Part shown: positions 45,918 to 55,777 of the stretch, in pieces
How the letters are laid out: each line of letters begins with the position of its first letter
Numbering within the stretch: position 1 is the stretch's first letter
DNA from: Candidatus Staskawiczbacteria bacterium RIFCSPHIGHO2_02_FULL_42_22
GTDB lineage: Bacteria > Patescibacteriota > Minisyncoccia > Minisyncoccales > Staskawiczbacteraceae
Direction: 5' to 3'
Length of the DNA stretch: 64,000 nucleotides
NCBI GenBank assembly: GCA_001820175.1
Contig: MHOT01000012.1
Coordinates: forward strand, 124-64,123
The notes under the pieces: generated by a model
Told to the model about the DNA's origin: nothing
Seen by the model: the letters and a program-made list of their open reading frames with translations, nothing else
Database searches by the model: none
Position numbers and translations under genes: made by a program

Positions 45918-48017
45918 TTACTCATTTTTCAATTTTTCTAATAAATCGCGGATTTTCGCTGCCCGTTCAAAATCCATATTTTTGGCGGCGATTTTCATTT
46001 CTTTTTCCAATAACTTTTTATCCTGCACGGCGTCAAATTCTGAAATAACATCTTCTTTTTTGGAAAACCCCCAATCGCGTACATCTTTGATGATGGCCGT
46101 GGGAGTAATACGATGTTTTTTATTGTATGCTTCCTGAATTTTTCTTCTGCGGTTTATTTCATCAATGGCCGATTTCATGGAACCAGTAATAGAATCGCCA
46201 TACAAAATAACCCTTCCATACTGGTGGCGCGCCGCCCGGCCCATGGTTTGAATTAAGGTGGTTTTATTCCGCAAAAACCCTTCTTTGTCGGCATCTAAAA
46301 TGGCAACCAATGCAACTTCGGGCAAGTCCAACCCTTCTCGCAATAGGTTAATTCCTACGAGAACGTCAAATTTTCCCTGTCGGAAATTTTTTAACACCTC
46401 GGGCCGCTCCATCGTTTTTATTTCTGAATGCAGGTATTGGGCTTTGACGTTTCTTTCTGCCAGGTAATCAGAAATTTCTTCAGCCAGGCGTTTGGTCAAA
46501 GTAATTACCAGCACACGGTGTTTTTTGGCCACCTCTTTTTTAATTTCGGCCAGCAGGTCTTTAATTTGGTTTTCGGTTTTTTTCACTTCTATGGAAGGTT
46601 CGAGTAACCCGGTTGGCCTGATAATTTGTTCAATCACCTCTTTGCCGGATTTTTGAAGTTCGTAATCAGCTGGTGTGGCCGACACATAAATTGACTGTTT
46701 TTCCCGTTCGGTAAATTCCTGGAACCTTAGGGGCCGATTATCAATGGCCGAAGGCAGGCGAAAACCAAAATCGATCAAGGTTTCTTTGCGTATTTTATCT
46801 CCAATGGCCATGGCTTTAATTTGAGGAAGCGAAATGTGGGACTCGTCGATGAAAATTAAAAATCCGTCATTTGTGTTGTCTGAGATTGCCACGTCGCCGC
46901 GCGCCCGCGGGCGCGCGGCTCCTGAGTCGGGAACTCCCGTTACGCGGGAAGTTCTCGCGACTTTGCGCAATGACGAAGAACGGGTGGCATAATTAAAATA
47001 ATCAACCAAAGAAAATGGCGGGGTTCCTGCTTTTCTGAATTCCAATTGGCTGGAATAATTTTCAATGCCCTGGCACCAACCGGTTTCTTTGAGCATTTCC
47101 AGGTCGTAGTTAGTTTTTTGCTCCAAGCGTTGGTATTCCACTAATTTATTTTGTTTTTTTAATTCTTTGAGCCGTTCTTGTAATTCCAGTTTTATATTTT
47201 CAAGGGCAATGGGAAGGGTGTCTTGGGGCGCGGCCCAGAAGGTGGCGGGGTATAGTGTGAAGCTTGAATCTTGTATCTTGAAGCTTGTATTCGGGCCACT
47301 TTGTGAAACGGAAATTTTCTGGATGGTATTACCATTAAATTCTATCCTTAATATTTTTTCTCCGGTCACCAAATATATTTCAACTATTTCTCCGCGCACC
47401 CGAAAGGTGGCCGGTTTAAAATCAATATCATTTCGTTTGTATTGCAGTAAAATAAGGTGGGAAATAAAATCCTTGCGGGTTATTTTTTGATTTGGTTTTA
47501 TATTCCAACTAACTTTTTGGTAGTTTTCCGGCGACCCAATGTTATAAATACAACTTACGGATGCCACCACAATAACATCTTTTCGCTGCAGTACATCTTG
47601 GGCGGCGGAATGTCGCAGGCGGTCAATTTCCTGGTTTATCTTGGCATCTTTTTCTATATAGGTATCGGTCTGGGGAATATATGCTTCTGGTTGGTAGTAA
47701 TCGTAATACGATACAAAATAGTGCACGCCATTGTTGGGAAAAAATTCCTTCATTTCTTGGTAAAGTTGCGCGGCCAGGGTTTTGTTACAAGCTACTATAA
47801 GAGTAGGTTTTTGGTATTTGGAAATGACTTGGGCCATGGTAAAAGTCTTGCCGGATCCGGTAACGCCCAAAAGCACCTGGTGTTTTTTGCCTTTTTTTAA
47901 ATTTTCGGTCAGTTTTTTAATGGCCTGGGGCTGATCGCCCGTGGGGGTGTATTTTGATATTATTTTGAATTCCATGGTAGTATATGTGTAGCGTGAAGCG
48001 CATAGCGCAGAACGCAA
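45918..48017 (-). CDS. uvrB: excinuclease ABC subunit B, carrying an in-frame repeat-element insertion
   Basis: Walker A GVTGSGKTFTMAQVI, helicase motifs, C-terminal UVR domain. There are ~36 extra codons (TRSSSLRKVARTSRVTGVPDSGAARPRARGDVAISD) between PPFSLVDYF and the FIDESH motif. Confidence 0.85.
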   Translation of the reverse strand: MRSALCASRYTYTTMEFKIISKYTPTGDQPQAIKKLTENLKKGKKHQVLLGVTGSGKTFTMAQVISKYQKPTLIVACNKTLAAQLYQEMKEFFPNNGVHYFVSYYDYYQPEAYIPQTDTYIEKDAKINQEIDRLRHSAAQDVLQRKDVIVVASVSCIYNIGSPENYQKVSWNIKPNQKITRKDFISHLILLQYKRNDIDFKPATFRVRGEIVEIYLVTGEKILRIEFNGNTIQKISVSQSGPNTSFKIQDSSFTLYPATFWAAPQDTLPIALENIKLELQERLKELKKQNKLVEYQRLEQKTNYDLEMLKETGWCQGIENYSSQLEFRKAGTPPFSLVDYFNYATRSSSLRKVARTSRVTGVPDSGAARPRARGDVAISDNTNDGFLIFIDESHISLPQIKAMAIGDKIRKETLIDFGFRLPSAIDNRPLRFQEFTEREKQSIYVSATPADYELQKSGKEVIEQIIRPTGLLEPSIEVKKTENQIKDLLAEIKKEVAKKHRVLVITLTKRLAEEISDYLAERNVKAQYLHSEIKTMERPEVLKNFRQGKFDVLVGINLLREGLDLPEVALVAILDADKEGFLRNKTTLIQTMGRAARHQYGRVILYGDSITGSMKSAIDEINRRRKIQEAYNKKHRITPTAIIKDVRDWGFSKKEDVISEFDAVQDKKLLEKEMKIAAKNMDFERAAKIRDLLEKLKNE
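46882..46976. repeat. GC-rich palindromic element inserted in frame within uvrB
   Basis: gagattgccacgtcgccgcgcgcccgcgggcgcgcggctcctgagtcgggaactcccgttacgcgggaagttctcgcgactttgcgcaatgacga. Confidence 0.65.
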
Positions 48018-48068
48018 AAAAAGCTACGCGTTACACGTTTCGTTACACGATCGTTATACGCGAAAACT

Positions 48069-48284
48069 ATGGATGATAAAAATGGTTTTCATGCACAACT
48101 TTACGCTTTGATGGATGATTTTGTGCTTGATGTTTATTCTGTGAGTAAAAATTTTCCAAAAGACGAATTATACGGTGTTACCTCGCAATTAAGGAGAGCC
48201 ACATTATCTGTAATTTTAAACTATATAGAAGGTTATGCAAGGAGAAGAGACAAAGTTTACAAGAATTGTTTAGAAATTTCATAA
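48069..48284 (+). pseudogene. truncated four-helix-bundle (PF05635) gene fragment
   Basis: 71-aa ORF with LSVILNYIEGYARR motif; the rest of the family fold is missing. Confidence 0.35.
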
Positions 48285-48475
48285 GGTTCCTTAAAAGAGG
48301 CAAAGTATCTGATATATTTTAGTTGTCGCCAAGGATATATAACCAAAGAAGATGAAAAAAAGTTATTAGTTTTATCCGAAAGAATTGGAAAAATGTTATG
48401 GGGAATTATTGTAAAAATATAAAATTAGTGCGTTAAGTTTAAGCGTTCTGCGCTACGCGCTCCACGTTCTGCAAA

Positions 48476-49042
48476 ATGATTTCTTATTTAAAGGGTTCTA
48501 TTATCCTAAAAAAAGACAAATTTATCATCGTTGAAACTGGTGGCATTGGCTACAAAGTTTTTTTGTCCAACTCGTCGATGTTAAAACTACCAGAAGTCGG
48601 CTCTGATATCAAATTATTCTGTTTCCAAAATGTAAAGGAAGATGCCTTGGATTTATATGGTTTTTTGACCTATGATGAACTGGATTTTTTTGAAGTGCTC
48701 ATGGATATTCGTGGCGTGGGGCCAAAGTCCGCGCTTGATATTGCAGCACTTGGATCATTGGAAAAAATAAAAGACAGAATTTTAAAGGGTGATGTAAAAA
48801 TATTTGAGTCGGTTCCGGGCATTGGCACCAAGAAAGCCATGACCATTATTTTAGAATTAACCGGAAAAATTAAAATGCTTAGCAGTGCAAAATCCAGGGG
48901 ACCGCAGGATGGGGCGGAAGATGCGCTAACTCAGCTTGGTTTTTCGCGACAACAGGCCAGGGAAGCCCTAAAAAACGTGCCTACGAGCGTAAAAGACATG
49001 GAAGAAAGGATTAAACAGGCCTTGAAAATAATAGGTAAGTGA
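48476..49042 (+). CDS. ruvA: Holliday junction DNA helicase RuvA
   Basis: MISYLKGSII...ETGGIGYKVFLS N-terminus; HhH motifs GVGPKSALDI and GIGTKKAMTIILEL. Confidence 0.85.
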   Translation: MISYLKGSIILKKDKFIIVETGGIGYKVFLSNSSMLKLPEVGSDIKLFCFQNVKEDALDLYGFLTYDELDFFEVLMDIRGVGPKSALDIAALGSLEKIKDRILKGDVKIFESVPGIGTKKAMTIILELTGKIKMLSSAKSRGPQDGAEDALTQLGFSRQQAREALKNVPTSVKDMEERIKQALKIIGK

Positions 49043-49046
49043 GAGT

Positions 49047-49105
49047 ATGGACATCACATCCAGAAACCGCACTAAGTTGCCGACGGTTTGGAAACTTTAG
49101 TGCAA
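49047..49105. repeat. family-B element remnant (left TIR plus ~30 nt)
   Basis: atggacatcacatccagaaaccgcactaagttgccgacggtttgg, then diverges. Confidence 0.5.
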
Positions 49106-49149
49106 AGCGATAATATTTGTTCTATACAATAAGGGCTTGGTAATGATAT

Positions 49150-49240
49150 CCCCTCCGTGTCATACCCGCGAAAGCGGGGATCCAGACTCTCAAACAAAAA
49201 CGCTAGATTCCCGCTTTCGCGGGAATGACAATGGGGCGGT
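49150..49240. repeat. GC-rich palindromic element, variant subfamily (gtcat.cccgcgaaagcggg)
   Basis: cgtgtcatacccgcgaaagcggggatccagactctcaaacaaaaacgctagattcccgctttcgcgggaatgacaatgg; a near-identical copy is at 57395..57480. Confidence 0.65.
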
Positions 49241-49296
49241 GTTGGGTGTTATTTGCCAATCTCAGGTAACCAGTACCTTTACAAGGAGTAATTGCT

Positions 49297-49797
49297 ATGC
49301 GTTTTAGCGAAGTGCCAGGCGTGGTGTTTGATGAGCTGACTGCATTCACTAGAATTGAGCCCATTGAAATGATGGAAATGGATGGGCGCATGATTTCGCT
49401 TTTGATGTTCAAAAAATCGGGGGCGATAGTTGGCTATTTAGAGTGCGACTCGAGTACGGGGCAGTATGCTTATTTGAAGTTTTGGAAAGCGGATATTGGA
49501 AAAGAATTCAATCCGTTTTTCTTCCTTGCCAATAACCCAAATCCCTGTTTTGAAATTATCGCAGGACGGATGTACGGGGACAAAGATGATCCAGAAAAAG
49601 GAAATGAAACTATTGAAAATATTGAAGTCCAATACCATAGTTCGCCTCCGCAACATTTTGTTGCCTTCGCTTTAAATGACAAGTTTTATAAGTTCATTAA
49701 GCGCGTGGAAATAATGATTCGCGTTATTGTATCTTGTAATACGCCGCCGGAGTTACCAGTTTGGTCAAGATTTTTCAAGCGCAACTATTTGGATTGA
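49297..49797 (+). CDS. hypothetical protein
   Basis: 166-aa ORF. Confidence 0.3.
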   Translation: MRFSEVPGVVFDELTAFTRIEPIEMMEMDGRMISLLMFKKSGAIVGYLECDSSTGQYAYLKFWKADIGKEFNPFFFLANNPNPCFEIIAGRMYGDKDDPEKGNETIENIEVQYHSSPPQHFVAFALNDKFYKFIKRVEIMIRVIVSCNTPPELPVWSRFFKRNYLD

Positions 49798-49867
49798 GTC
49801 AGATTATAAAAGCGGTAACCGCAAAAACCGCTTTTTTTTATTGTCATCGTGTGCTACATTAAAAACC

Positions 49868-51184
49868 ATGAATGTGAAAAGAATAATTAAAAAAATAACT
49901 CCACACTTTTTGTTGGACTTTTACTATTGGCTGTGGGCGTTTTTAGGGGCTTTAATGTACGGCCTTCCCTCCCGAAAATTAACCATTATCGGGGTTACGG
50001 GTACCAGCGGTAAGTCCACTACCGTTGATTTTATCAGTAAAATTTTTGAAGAAAATGGTGATAAAGTTGCCTCTATTTCTTCGGTGCGATTTAGAATCGC
50101 AGGTGAAGCCGCCTCCGCCAAAGGCTACGGCGGGCCGAAGGAATGGAAAAACCAATTAAAAATGACCATGCCCGGCCGTTTTATTATCCAAAAATTTCTG
50201 CGCCAAGCGGTGCGTGAAAAATGTAAATATGCAATACTAGAAGTTACATCTGAAGGCATTAAACAATTTCGCCATAAATTTATTAGCATTGATACGGCGG
50301 TGTTTACCAATTTAAGTCCGGAACATATTGAAGCCCACGGCGGGTTTGAAAATTATCGCAATGAGAAATTAAAGTTATTTAAAGTGGCAAAAAGTGTGCA
50401 CGTAATAAATGTTGATGACCAAAATGCCCAATACTTTTTAAAAATTCCCGCAAAAAAAAGAATTACCTTTGGCCTTGAACAAGGAGAGGTTAACTTAAAA
50501 AATACTCATTTTAATTTGCAGGTATTGGGAAGTTTTAATCACTATAATGCCTTGGCGGCCATTTCGGTGGCGGTAAATTATGGAGTTTCTTTAGAAATGT
50601 GCAAAAAAGCGCTGGAAAAAGTGACGGGTATTCCCGGTAGAATGGAAGTGGTTTCTCAAAACCCTTTGGTGGTGGTTGATTATGCACACACGCCCGACCA
50701 ATTAGAAAAGGTGTATCGCACCTTTTCTAATTGGTCGGAAAATCCTAAGCCCCAAACTCTAAATCCTAAACAAATCCAAAATACAAATAACCAAAATTCA
50801 AAATTGATTTGTGTACTAGGATCGTGCGGGGGAGGGCGGGATAAATGGAAGCGGCCGGTGCTGGGTCGCCTTGCTGCCAAATATTGCAAGGAAATTATTA
50901 TCACCAATGAAGATCCATATGACGAGAATCCGCTTTCAATTATAAATGAAATTGAAAGCGGGTTCTCGCAAACCCTAAACTCTAAATACCAAATTCTAAA
51001 ATACGAAAAAATATTGGATCGCAGGGAGGCAATTAAAAAAGCATTGCAGTTGGCTAAACCCGAAGATTCGGTTATAATAACCGGTAAGGGGTCTGAAGTG
51101 TGGATGTGCGTGGCGGAGGGGAAGAAAATCCCCTGGAGCGATGTTAATATAGTAAAGGAAGAATTATTGAAGATTAATAAGTAA
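49868..51184 (+). CDS. murE: Mur ligase family protein (MurE-like UDP-MurNAc-tripeptide ligase)
   Basis: P-loop IIGVTGTSGKSTT, DYAHTPD, GSCGGGRDKWKRP, NEDPYDENP and ITGKGSE motifs. Start set at MNVKR. Confidence 0.7.
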   Translation: MNVKRIIKKITPHFLLDFYYWLWAFLGALMYGLPSRKLTIIGVTGTSGKSTTVDFISKIFEENGDKVASISSVRFRIAGEAASAKGYGGPKEWKNQLKMTMPGRFIIQKFLRQAVREKCKYAILEVTSEGIKQFRHKFISIDTAVFTNLSPEHIEAHGGFENYRNEKLKLFKVAKSVHVINVDDQNAQYFLKIPAKKRITFGLEQGEVNLKNTHFNLQVLGSFNHYNALAAISVAVNYGVSLEMCKKALEKVTGIPGRMEVVSQNPLVVVDYAHTPDQLEKVYRTFSNWSENPKPQTLNPKQIQNTNNQNSKLICVLGSCGGGRDKWKRPVLGRLAAKYCKEIIITNEDPYDENPLSIINEIESGFSQTLNSKYQILKYEKILDRREAIKKALQLAKPEDSVIITGKGSEVWMCVAEGKKIPWSDVNIVKEELLKINK

Positions 51185-51232
51185 CCCCTCCTCGCCTCGT
51201 CATTGACGGCGGGGTGCGAGGAGTTACAGCGT
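51185..51232. repeat. short GC-rich palindromic element
   Basis: cccctcctcgcctcgtcattgacggcggggtgcgaggagttac. Confidence 0.5.
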
Positions 51233-51306
51233 GCAGGGTATTGACAAAGTATTTTTAATATTGTATCATTAAAAAACAGTAAATAGTATTAATTTTCTAC
51301 CATTAT

Positions 51307-53010
51307 ATGCCAAGAGGTGAATTTAGGGATTCAAATATGGGTCCAGAAAATTCAGAGGGTTCTGACTTGGATTTGACACCAGAAACATCTGAAAGTGAGC
51401 AGCAAAATTTGAAAGCTGTTTTGGGTGAAAATATCGAAACAACCCTGAATAGGCCATTGGAAAGATCTGGAAAAAAAGTCAGTATTGGGGCAGGAGCCCT
51501 GCTTTTAGCTGCCGTAATAGGTTGTGGTGGCGGAACTTCAAGTCCTGAACGGCCAAAAGGGTCGGGGACTACCGTTGTTGCACAACAAGAAGAACATGGA
51601 AAAACGCTAAGTGAAGCTGAAAAAGCGGAAGTAGCGGAAAAAGAAGCTAAAAAGAAATTAGAAGAGGATAGGAGAAAATTGATTGCCGAAAAAAACACAA
51701 AAATACATGAAAAAGAAAGAGAGCGGCTTACTGCAGATAGGGATGACAAAAAAAAGATTCAAAAAGAGATTGATGCATTAAAAGAAGAGTTGGATGAATT
51801 AATAAATCCAGCTGAGGGGAGCAGAAAAGAGAAGGAAGCAGCTGAGGCGGAAAAAAAGCGGGGGGAGAGGGATAAAGAAGAAAAAATGGAAAAAGCGCGA
51901 AAGGATATTGATGCTATACAAAAAGAATTAGTCAAAGCTAAAGTTGATTTGCTTAAAGAGCAGAAAAAAGAACAATCTGAAAAGGTGATATCGGAAAAAA
52001 TGTCAGAACTTCTTTGGGAGCAAAGTGCCACACCAACTGTTTGGCAAAAAGAAGCTTTTAAGATTGCCAAAGAGGCCGGTTCTCTTAAAACTCCCAAAAA
52101 ACTTGATAGTGGCTATATTATTGATTTCGAAAATGGATCTTATGAAGTTCCGATGGGAAATTTAAGGTATGTATTGGGCGTAGAAGAGGAAACTAAAAGA
52201 GCGACAGAAAAAATAGATCCCATGTTGGTGAATTCGGCTTACAGAGCCAGTTTTAATATTAAAAAAATCAGAATTCAAGAAGCAATCGTAAATAATGGGA
52301 CGGAGATAAAAAAAGGAAAGACACTTGAGGCAGCAGATCAGATAATTAAAAAGAAAAAAGAAGCACTGGATGAATTAGTTAAAAAGTTTCGGGCCACGTT
52401 AATGAAGCCGAAAGAATATCCAAAAAAAGAAGAGTTTGATAAAGAATTAGAAAAACGACTTGCGTCAAGTGGGGGGTATAATGACGAAAAGGAAAGAATC
52501 GAAAAAGAAATTAAAAACATTCAAGAGGCAAGCACTCAATTTAAAGAAAGGGCGCAAGAGGTGCAAGAGGCCGATATCAAGGGTTTGGAATCCTTAATCA
52601 AGGGGAGCAAATTAACAGATGAGGGGTTGGTGGCAAAATTCTATTTCGGTCCTTACGGTGTCTGTGAAATTAAAAAACCTGATTTGAACAAAGTAATATC
52701 CGGGGTAGGTGGTGTTCGCCTGGAAAATGATTTGATTAGACAATATTATGCAGAGCGGAGATTGCGTCTGGCACCAGCGGATGTTTTACTATTAGAGCAT
52801 AAAAAGAATCTTGATATGGCAAAGGTTATTTTTGATCATGGAAAAACAATACAGGCAAGAGTGACACCGGAGGATAAATTAGCTGAAGTATCGAGGATTG
52901 AAAAAGGAATTACTGATATTAAAAACAATATGAATGAAAATGGAAGAATTCCAACTCAGGACGATATTAAAAAAATTGAAGATCAAATTAAAAAACTCCA
53001 TGAAAAATAA
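51307..53010 (+). CDS. putative lipoprotein with long K/E-rich coiled coil
   Basis: Lipobox-like LLLAAVIGCGGG, then ~450 aa of heptad-like charged sequence. Confidence 0.45.
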   Translation: MPRGEFRDSNMGPENSEGSDLDLTPETSESEQQNLKAVLGENIETTLNRPLERSGKKVSIGAGALLLAAVIGCGGGTSSPERPKGSGTTVVAQQEEHGKTLSEAEKAEVAEKEAKKKLEEDRRKLIAEKNTKIHEKERERLTADRDDKKKIQKEIDALKEELDELINPAEGSRKEKEAAEAEKKRGERDKEEKMEKARKDIDAIQKELVKAKVDLLKEQKKEQSEKVISEKMSELLWEQSATPTVWQKEAFKIAKEAGSLKTPKKLDSGYIIDFENGSYEVPMGNLRYVLGVEEETKRATEKIDPMLVNSAYRASFNIKKIRIQEAIVNNGTEIKKGKTLEAADQIIKKKKEALDELVKKFRATLMKPKEYPKKEEFDKELEKRLASSGGYNDEKERIEKEIKNIQEASTQFKERAQEVQEADIKGLESLIKGSKLTDEGLVAKFYFGPYGVCEIKKPDLNKVISGVGGVRLENDLIRQYYAERRLRLAPADVLLLEHKKNLDMAKVIFDHGKTIQARVTPEDKLAEVSRIEKGITDIKNNMNENGRIPTQDDIKKIEDQIKKLHEK

Positions 53011-53017
53011 AAAATCG

Positions 53018-53320
53018 ATGGCCCAAAATTATGACTTGCGAGAAGCCATTATTGAAGGTGTTGGCTTGGCGGAGCTGTCACCGGCCAAGCAAGATACTGT
53101 AGTGGCTGAGGTTATCGAGGGGATATCGGCAAATATAAATGAGGCGGTATGGGAAAAATTATCACGTGAAGATAAAAATGATTTGAATAAAATAGCGTCG
53201 CAAGGCCCGGAGGATACTCTGGATTACCTGAATTCTCATATCGAAAATTTCTCGTCCCTAGTCGAGGATGTTACCCGTAAAACCATTGCCGAATTTAAAC
53301 AAAAAAAGGCCGGCATTTGA
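53018..53320 (+). CDS. hypothetical protein
   Basis: ORF with start trimmed to MAQNYD to remove overlap. Confidence 0.3.
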   Translation: MAQNYDLREAIIEGVGLAELSPAKQDTVVAEVIEGISANINEAVWEKLSREDKNDLNKIASQGPEDTLDYLNSHIENFSSLVEDVTRKTIAEFKQKKAGI

Positions 53321-53414
53321 TTTTTTCAGGGTTTTGCGCTACACTGTACGCAATGGTTTGAAGAAGCCATTTTTTGTTACTAAATTGTATTTTGTTACGA
53401 AATTATAACATGCC

Positions 53415-53666
53415 ATGGAAAATCAATTAACTAAATCGGTAAAAAAATTCATCAGGTCCGAAAAGGCGCGCATCCGCAGTCAATTTTTAGATGTGAAAAA
53501 ACAAGACGAATTGATTGGAAATTTGTATAAAAAATTATTGGATAAACCAGTGGTTAAAAAGGCCGATGAGGCGCCTTTGGAAAATCCGGAAAAAACGGTG
53601 GCGGTAGAACAAGAAACCAAAAAAGCGCCGAAAGAGGCGGCGGTTAAAAAATCTAAACCAAAATAA
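53415..53666 (+). CDS. hypothetical small lysine-rich protein
   Basis: 83-aa ORF. Confidence 0.3.
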   Translation: MENQLTKSVKKFIRSEKARIRSQFLDVKKQDELIGNLYKKLLDKPVVKKADEAPLENPEKTVAVEQETKKAPKEAAVKKSKPK

Positions 53667-53837
53667 TTACATGAAGCAAAGCACTACCCGTCACAACGGA
53701 AGAATTAACAAAAGATGGAGAAAAAGTAGGAAACCCAAGCGATCCTAATTTACGAATACATCCGAATTATCCGAATAACGTTAACCCTATTAGGATCATT
53801 CGGATGAAGATTCGGATTATTCGGATCGCGTACTAAT

Positions 53838-54782
53838 ATGACCATAAAAGATATTCACAATTTATCTATTAACATGGGTATGGAATCGGACTTTCGAGGC
53901 AAGGAAGGAGTCCAAAAGCTTTTGGATGGCAAAAAAAGCAAATTTTTGACCCTTTCTTTAAAGGAGCAGGATGAGTTTGATAGGGAAGCGTTTCAAAACC
54001 CTTACCTGGATTCCGGCGTCTATAATGTTTCTGATGACAAGGAAATTAAAAGGGTGCTCGTAGGAATTGATATTGGTCCTGAAGAAATTTTATTGGCCCG
54101 CGAGCTTGGCAACATTGATTTGGTCATTGCGCACCACCCCGTAGGCAAGGGCTTGGCCCAGTTGGCGGATGTGATGGATTTACAGTGCGATGTGTATAAT
54201 TATTATGGAGTACCAATAAATGTGGCGGAGGGGCTGATGAGAGAAAGAATTTCGGAAGTTGCCAGGGGGGTCAATGCCATTAATCACCAAAGAACCGTGG
54301 ACACCGCCCGACTTTTGGGGGTTAACCTGATGAATTCCCACACGCCCACGGATAACTTGGCGGCACATTTTTTGAAAAATATTTTCGAGAATAAAAAATG
54401 TGAAAAAGTGCAGGATGTGGTAAGTACCCTAAAAGAAATTCCTGAATACAAAGAAGCAATGAAAATTGGTGTGGGTCCTAAAATTTTTGTGGGCTCTCCC
54501 GAACATCGCTGTGGAAAAATTGCTCTGTCGGAAATTACCGGAGGCACTGAGGGCTCGCCGAAGTTGTACGAAAAAATCGCCCAGGCCGGAATTGGTACGG
54601 TAATCGGCATGCACATTTCTGAGGATCACAAAAAAGAGGCCGAAGCCGCCCATATTAATATTGTCATTGCCGGACATATGTCATCGGATTCATTGGGGGT
54701 CAACTTATTTATGGATGAATTAGAAAAACAGGGAATTGAAGTAGTGGCTTGTTCGGGGTTTACGAGGATCTCAAGGATATAA
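53838..54782 (+). CDS. NIF3-family dinuclear-metal-centre protein (tentative)
   Basis: LVIAHHP and C-terminal IAGHMSSD resemble the conserved His clusters of NIF3/YqfO. Confidence 0.4.
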   Translation: MTIKDIHNLSINMGMESDFRGKEGVQKLLDGKKSKFLTLSLKEQDEFDREAFQNPYLDSGVYNVSDDKEIKRVLVGIDIGPEEILLARELGNIDLVIAHHPVGKGLAQLADVMDLQCDVYNYYGVPINVAEGLMRERISEVARGVNAINHQRTVDTARLLGVNLMNSHTPTDNLAAHFLKNIFENKKCEKVQDVVSTLKEIPEYKEAMKIGVGPKIFVGSPEHRCGKIALSEITGGTEGSPKLYEKIAQAGIGTVIGMHISEDHKKEAEAAHINIVIAGHMSSDSLGVNLFMDELEKQGIEVVACSGFTRISRI

Positions 54783-54786
54783 CATC

Positions 54787-54818
54787 AAAAGCCGCCGCGC
54801 TAAAGCGCGGCGGCTTTT
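54787..54818 (+). terminator. rho-independent terminator
   Basis: aaaagccgccgcgctaaagcgcggcggctttt. Confidence 0.6.
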
Positions 54819-55077
54819 GATTTACTAAAAGTTATCCACAGCCAGATGCTTGACATGGTTTTTTGAGGTGATATGATGGCGGTAGATGAACCTTTTAGAA
54901 GATTATCACAATCTTCAAAAAAGGGATATCAATTCGCTCCGCTCATTCAAAATACAACCCCCAAACAAACCCAAAAAAACACCACAACCCCTCAAACATA
55001 TCAACAGGGCTTTCTTCGGAAAGTCTTTTTGCGTATATGGGGCCAGTGTTTGGATCTTGGTGAATAATAATTTTTCC

Positions 55078-55158
55078 CTCGTCATTGCGAGCCGCAGCGA
55101 AGCAATCTCCGTTCATCGCTAGATTGCTTCGTCGCCTGCGGGCTCCTCGCAATGACGG
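55078..55158. repeat. GC-rich palindromic element
   Basis: cctcgtcattgcgagccgcagcgaagcaatctccgttcatcgctagattgcttcgtcgcctgcgggctcctcgcaatgacgg. Confidence 0.7.
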
Positions 55159-55226
55159 TTTTGGGACATTGTTCACAAAGCTTGTTTGATAAATACTGCA
55201 TATTTTGTTACGATGAAAACAAAAAC

Positions 55227-55568
55227 ATGGCAAAAGCAAAGAAGGCAATAAAAAAGAAAAATACGAAAGTGGTAAAGAATAAGTCCCTTGCCAAGAATCC
55301 GTTGAAGCCGACAAGAAAAGAAGGAAAATTAGTAGGAAAAGTTTCTCACTATTTTTCAAATATCAAAGTAGCGGTTATTAGGGTTTTGGCTCCGATAAAG
55401 CAGGGGGATGAAATAAGGATTATAGGGGGAGAGGCCACGGATTTTAATCAAAAAATCACCTCAATGCAAATTGACCACAAGGAAGTTGTAAAGGCCGCTA
55501 AGGGGAAATCGATTGGATTAAAAGTGAGCGAAAAAGTACGCGAAGGATATAAGATATACAAAGCATAA
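55227..55568 (+). CDS. hypothetical basic protein
   Basis: ORF beginning MAKAKKAIKKK with a beta-rich C-terminal part; no assignable family. Confidence 0.3.
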   Translation: MAKAKKAIKKKNTKVVKNKSLAKNPLKPTRKEGKLVGKVSHYFSNIKVAVIRVLAPIKQGDEIRIIGGEATDFNQKITSMQIDHKEVVKAAKGKSIGLKVSEKVREGYKIYKA

Positions 55569-55777
55569 ATTATAACATGAGATTGTCGAGCATGATTGAC
55601 ATTCAAAAATAAATAAAATAGGATAACTAAATTCAAAATACAAAATTATAAGCTCCAAACAAATTATAATAACCAAAATATAAAATTCAAAACGTTTTAG
55701 ATTTAGTTATTTGGATTTTGATATTGTTTGGGATTTGGTGCTTGGAATTTATAATTTCTTTTAACAAATTAAAAGTT

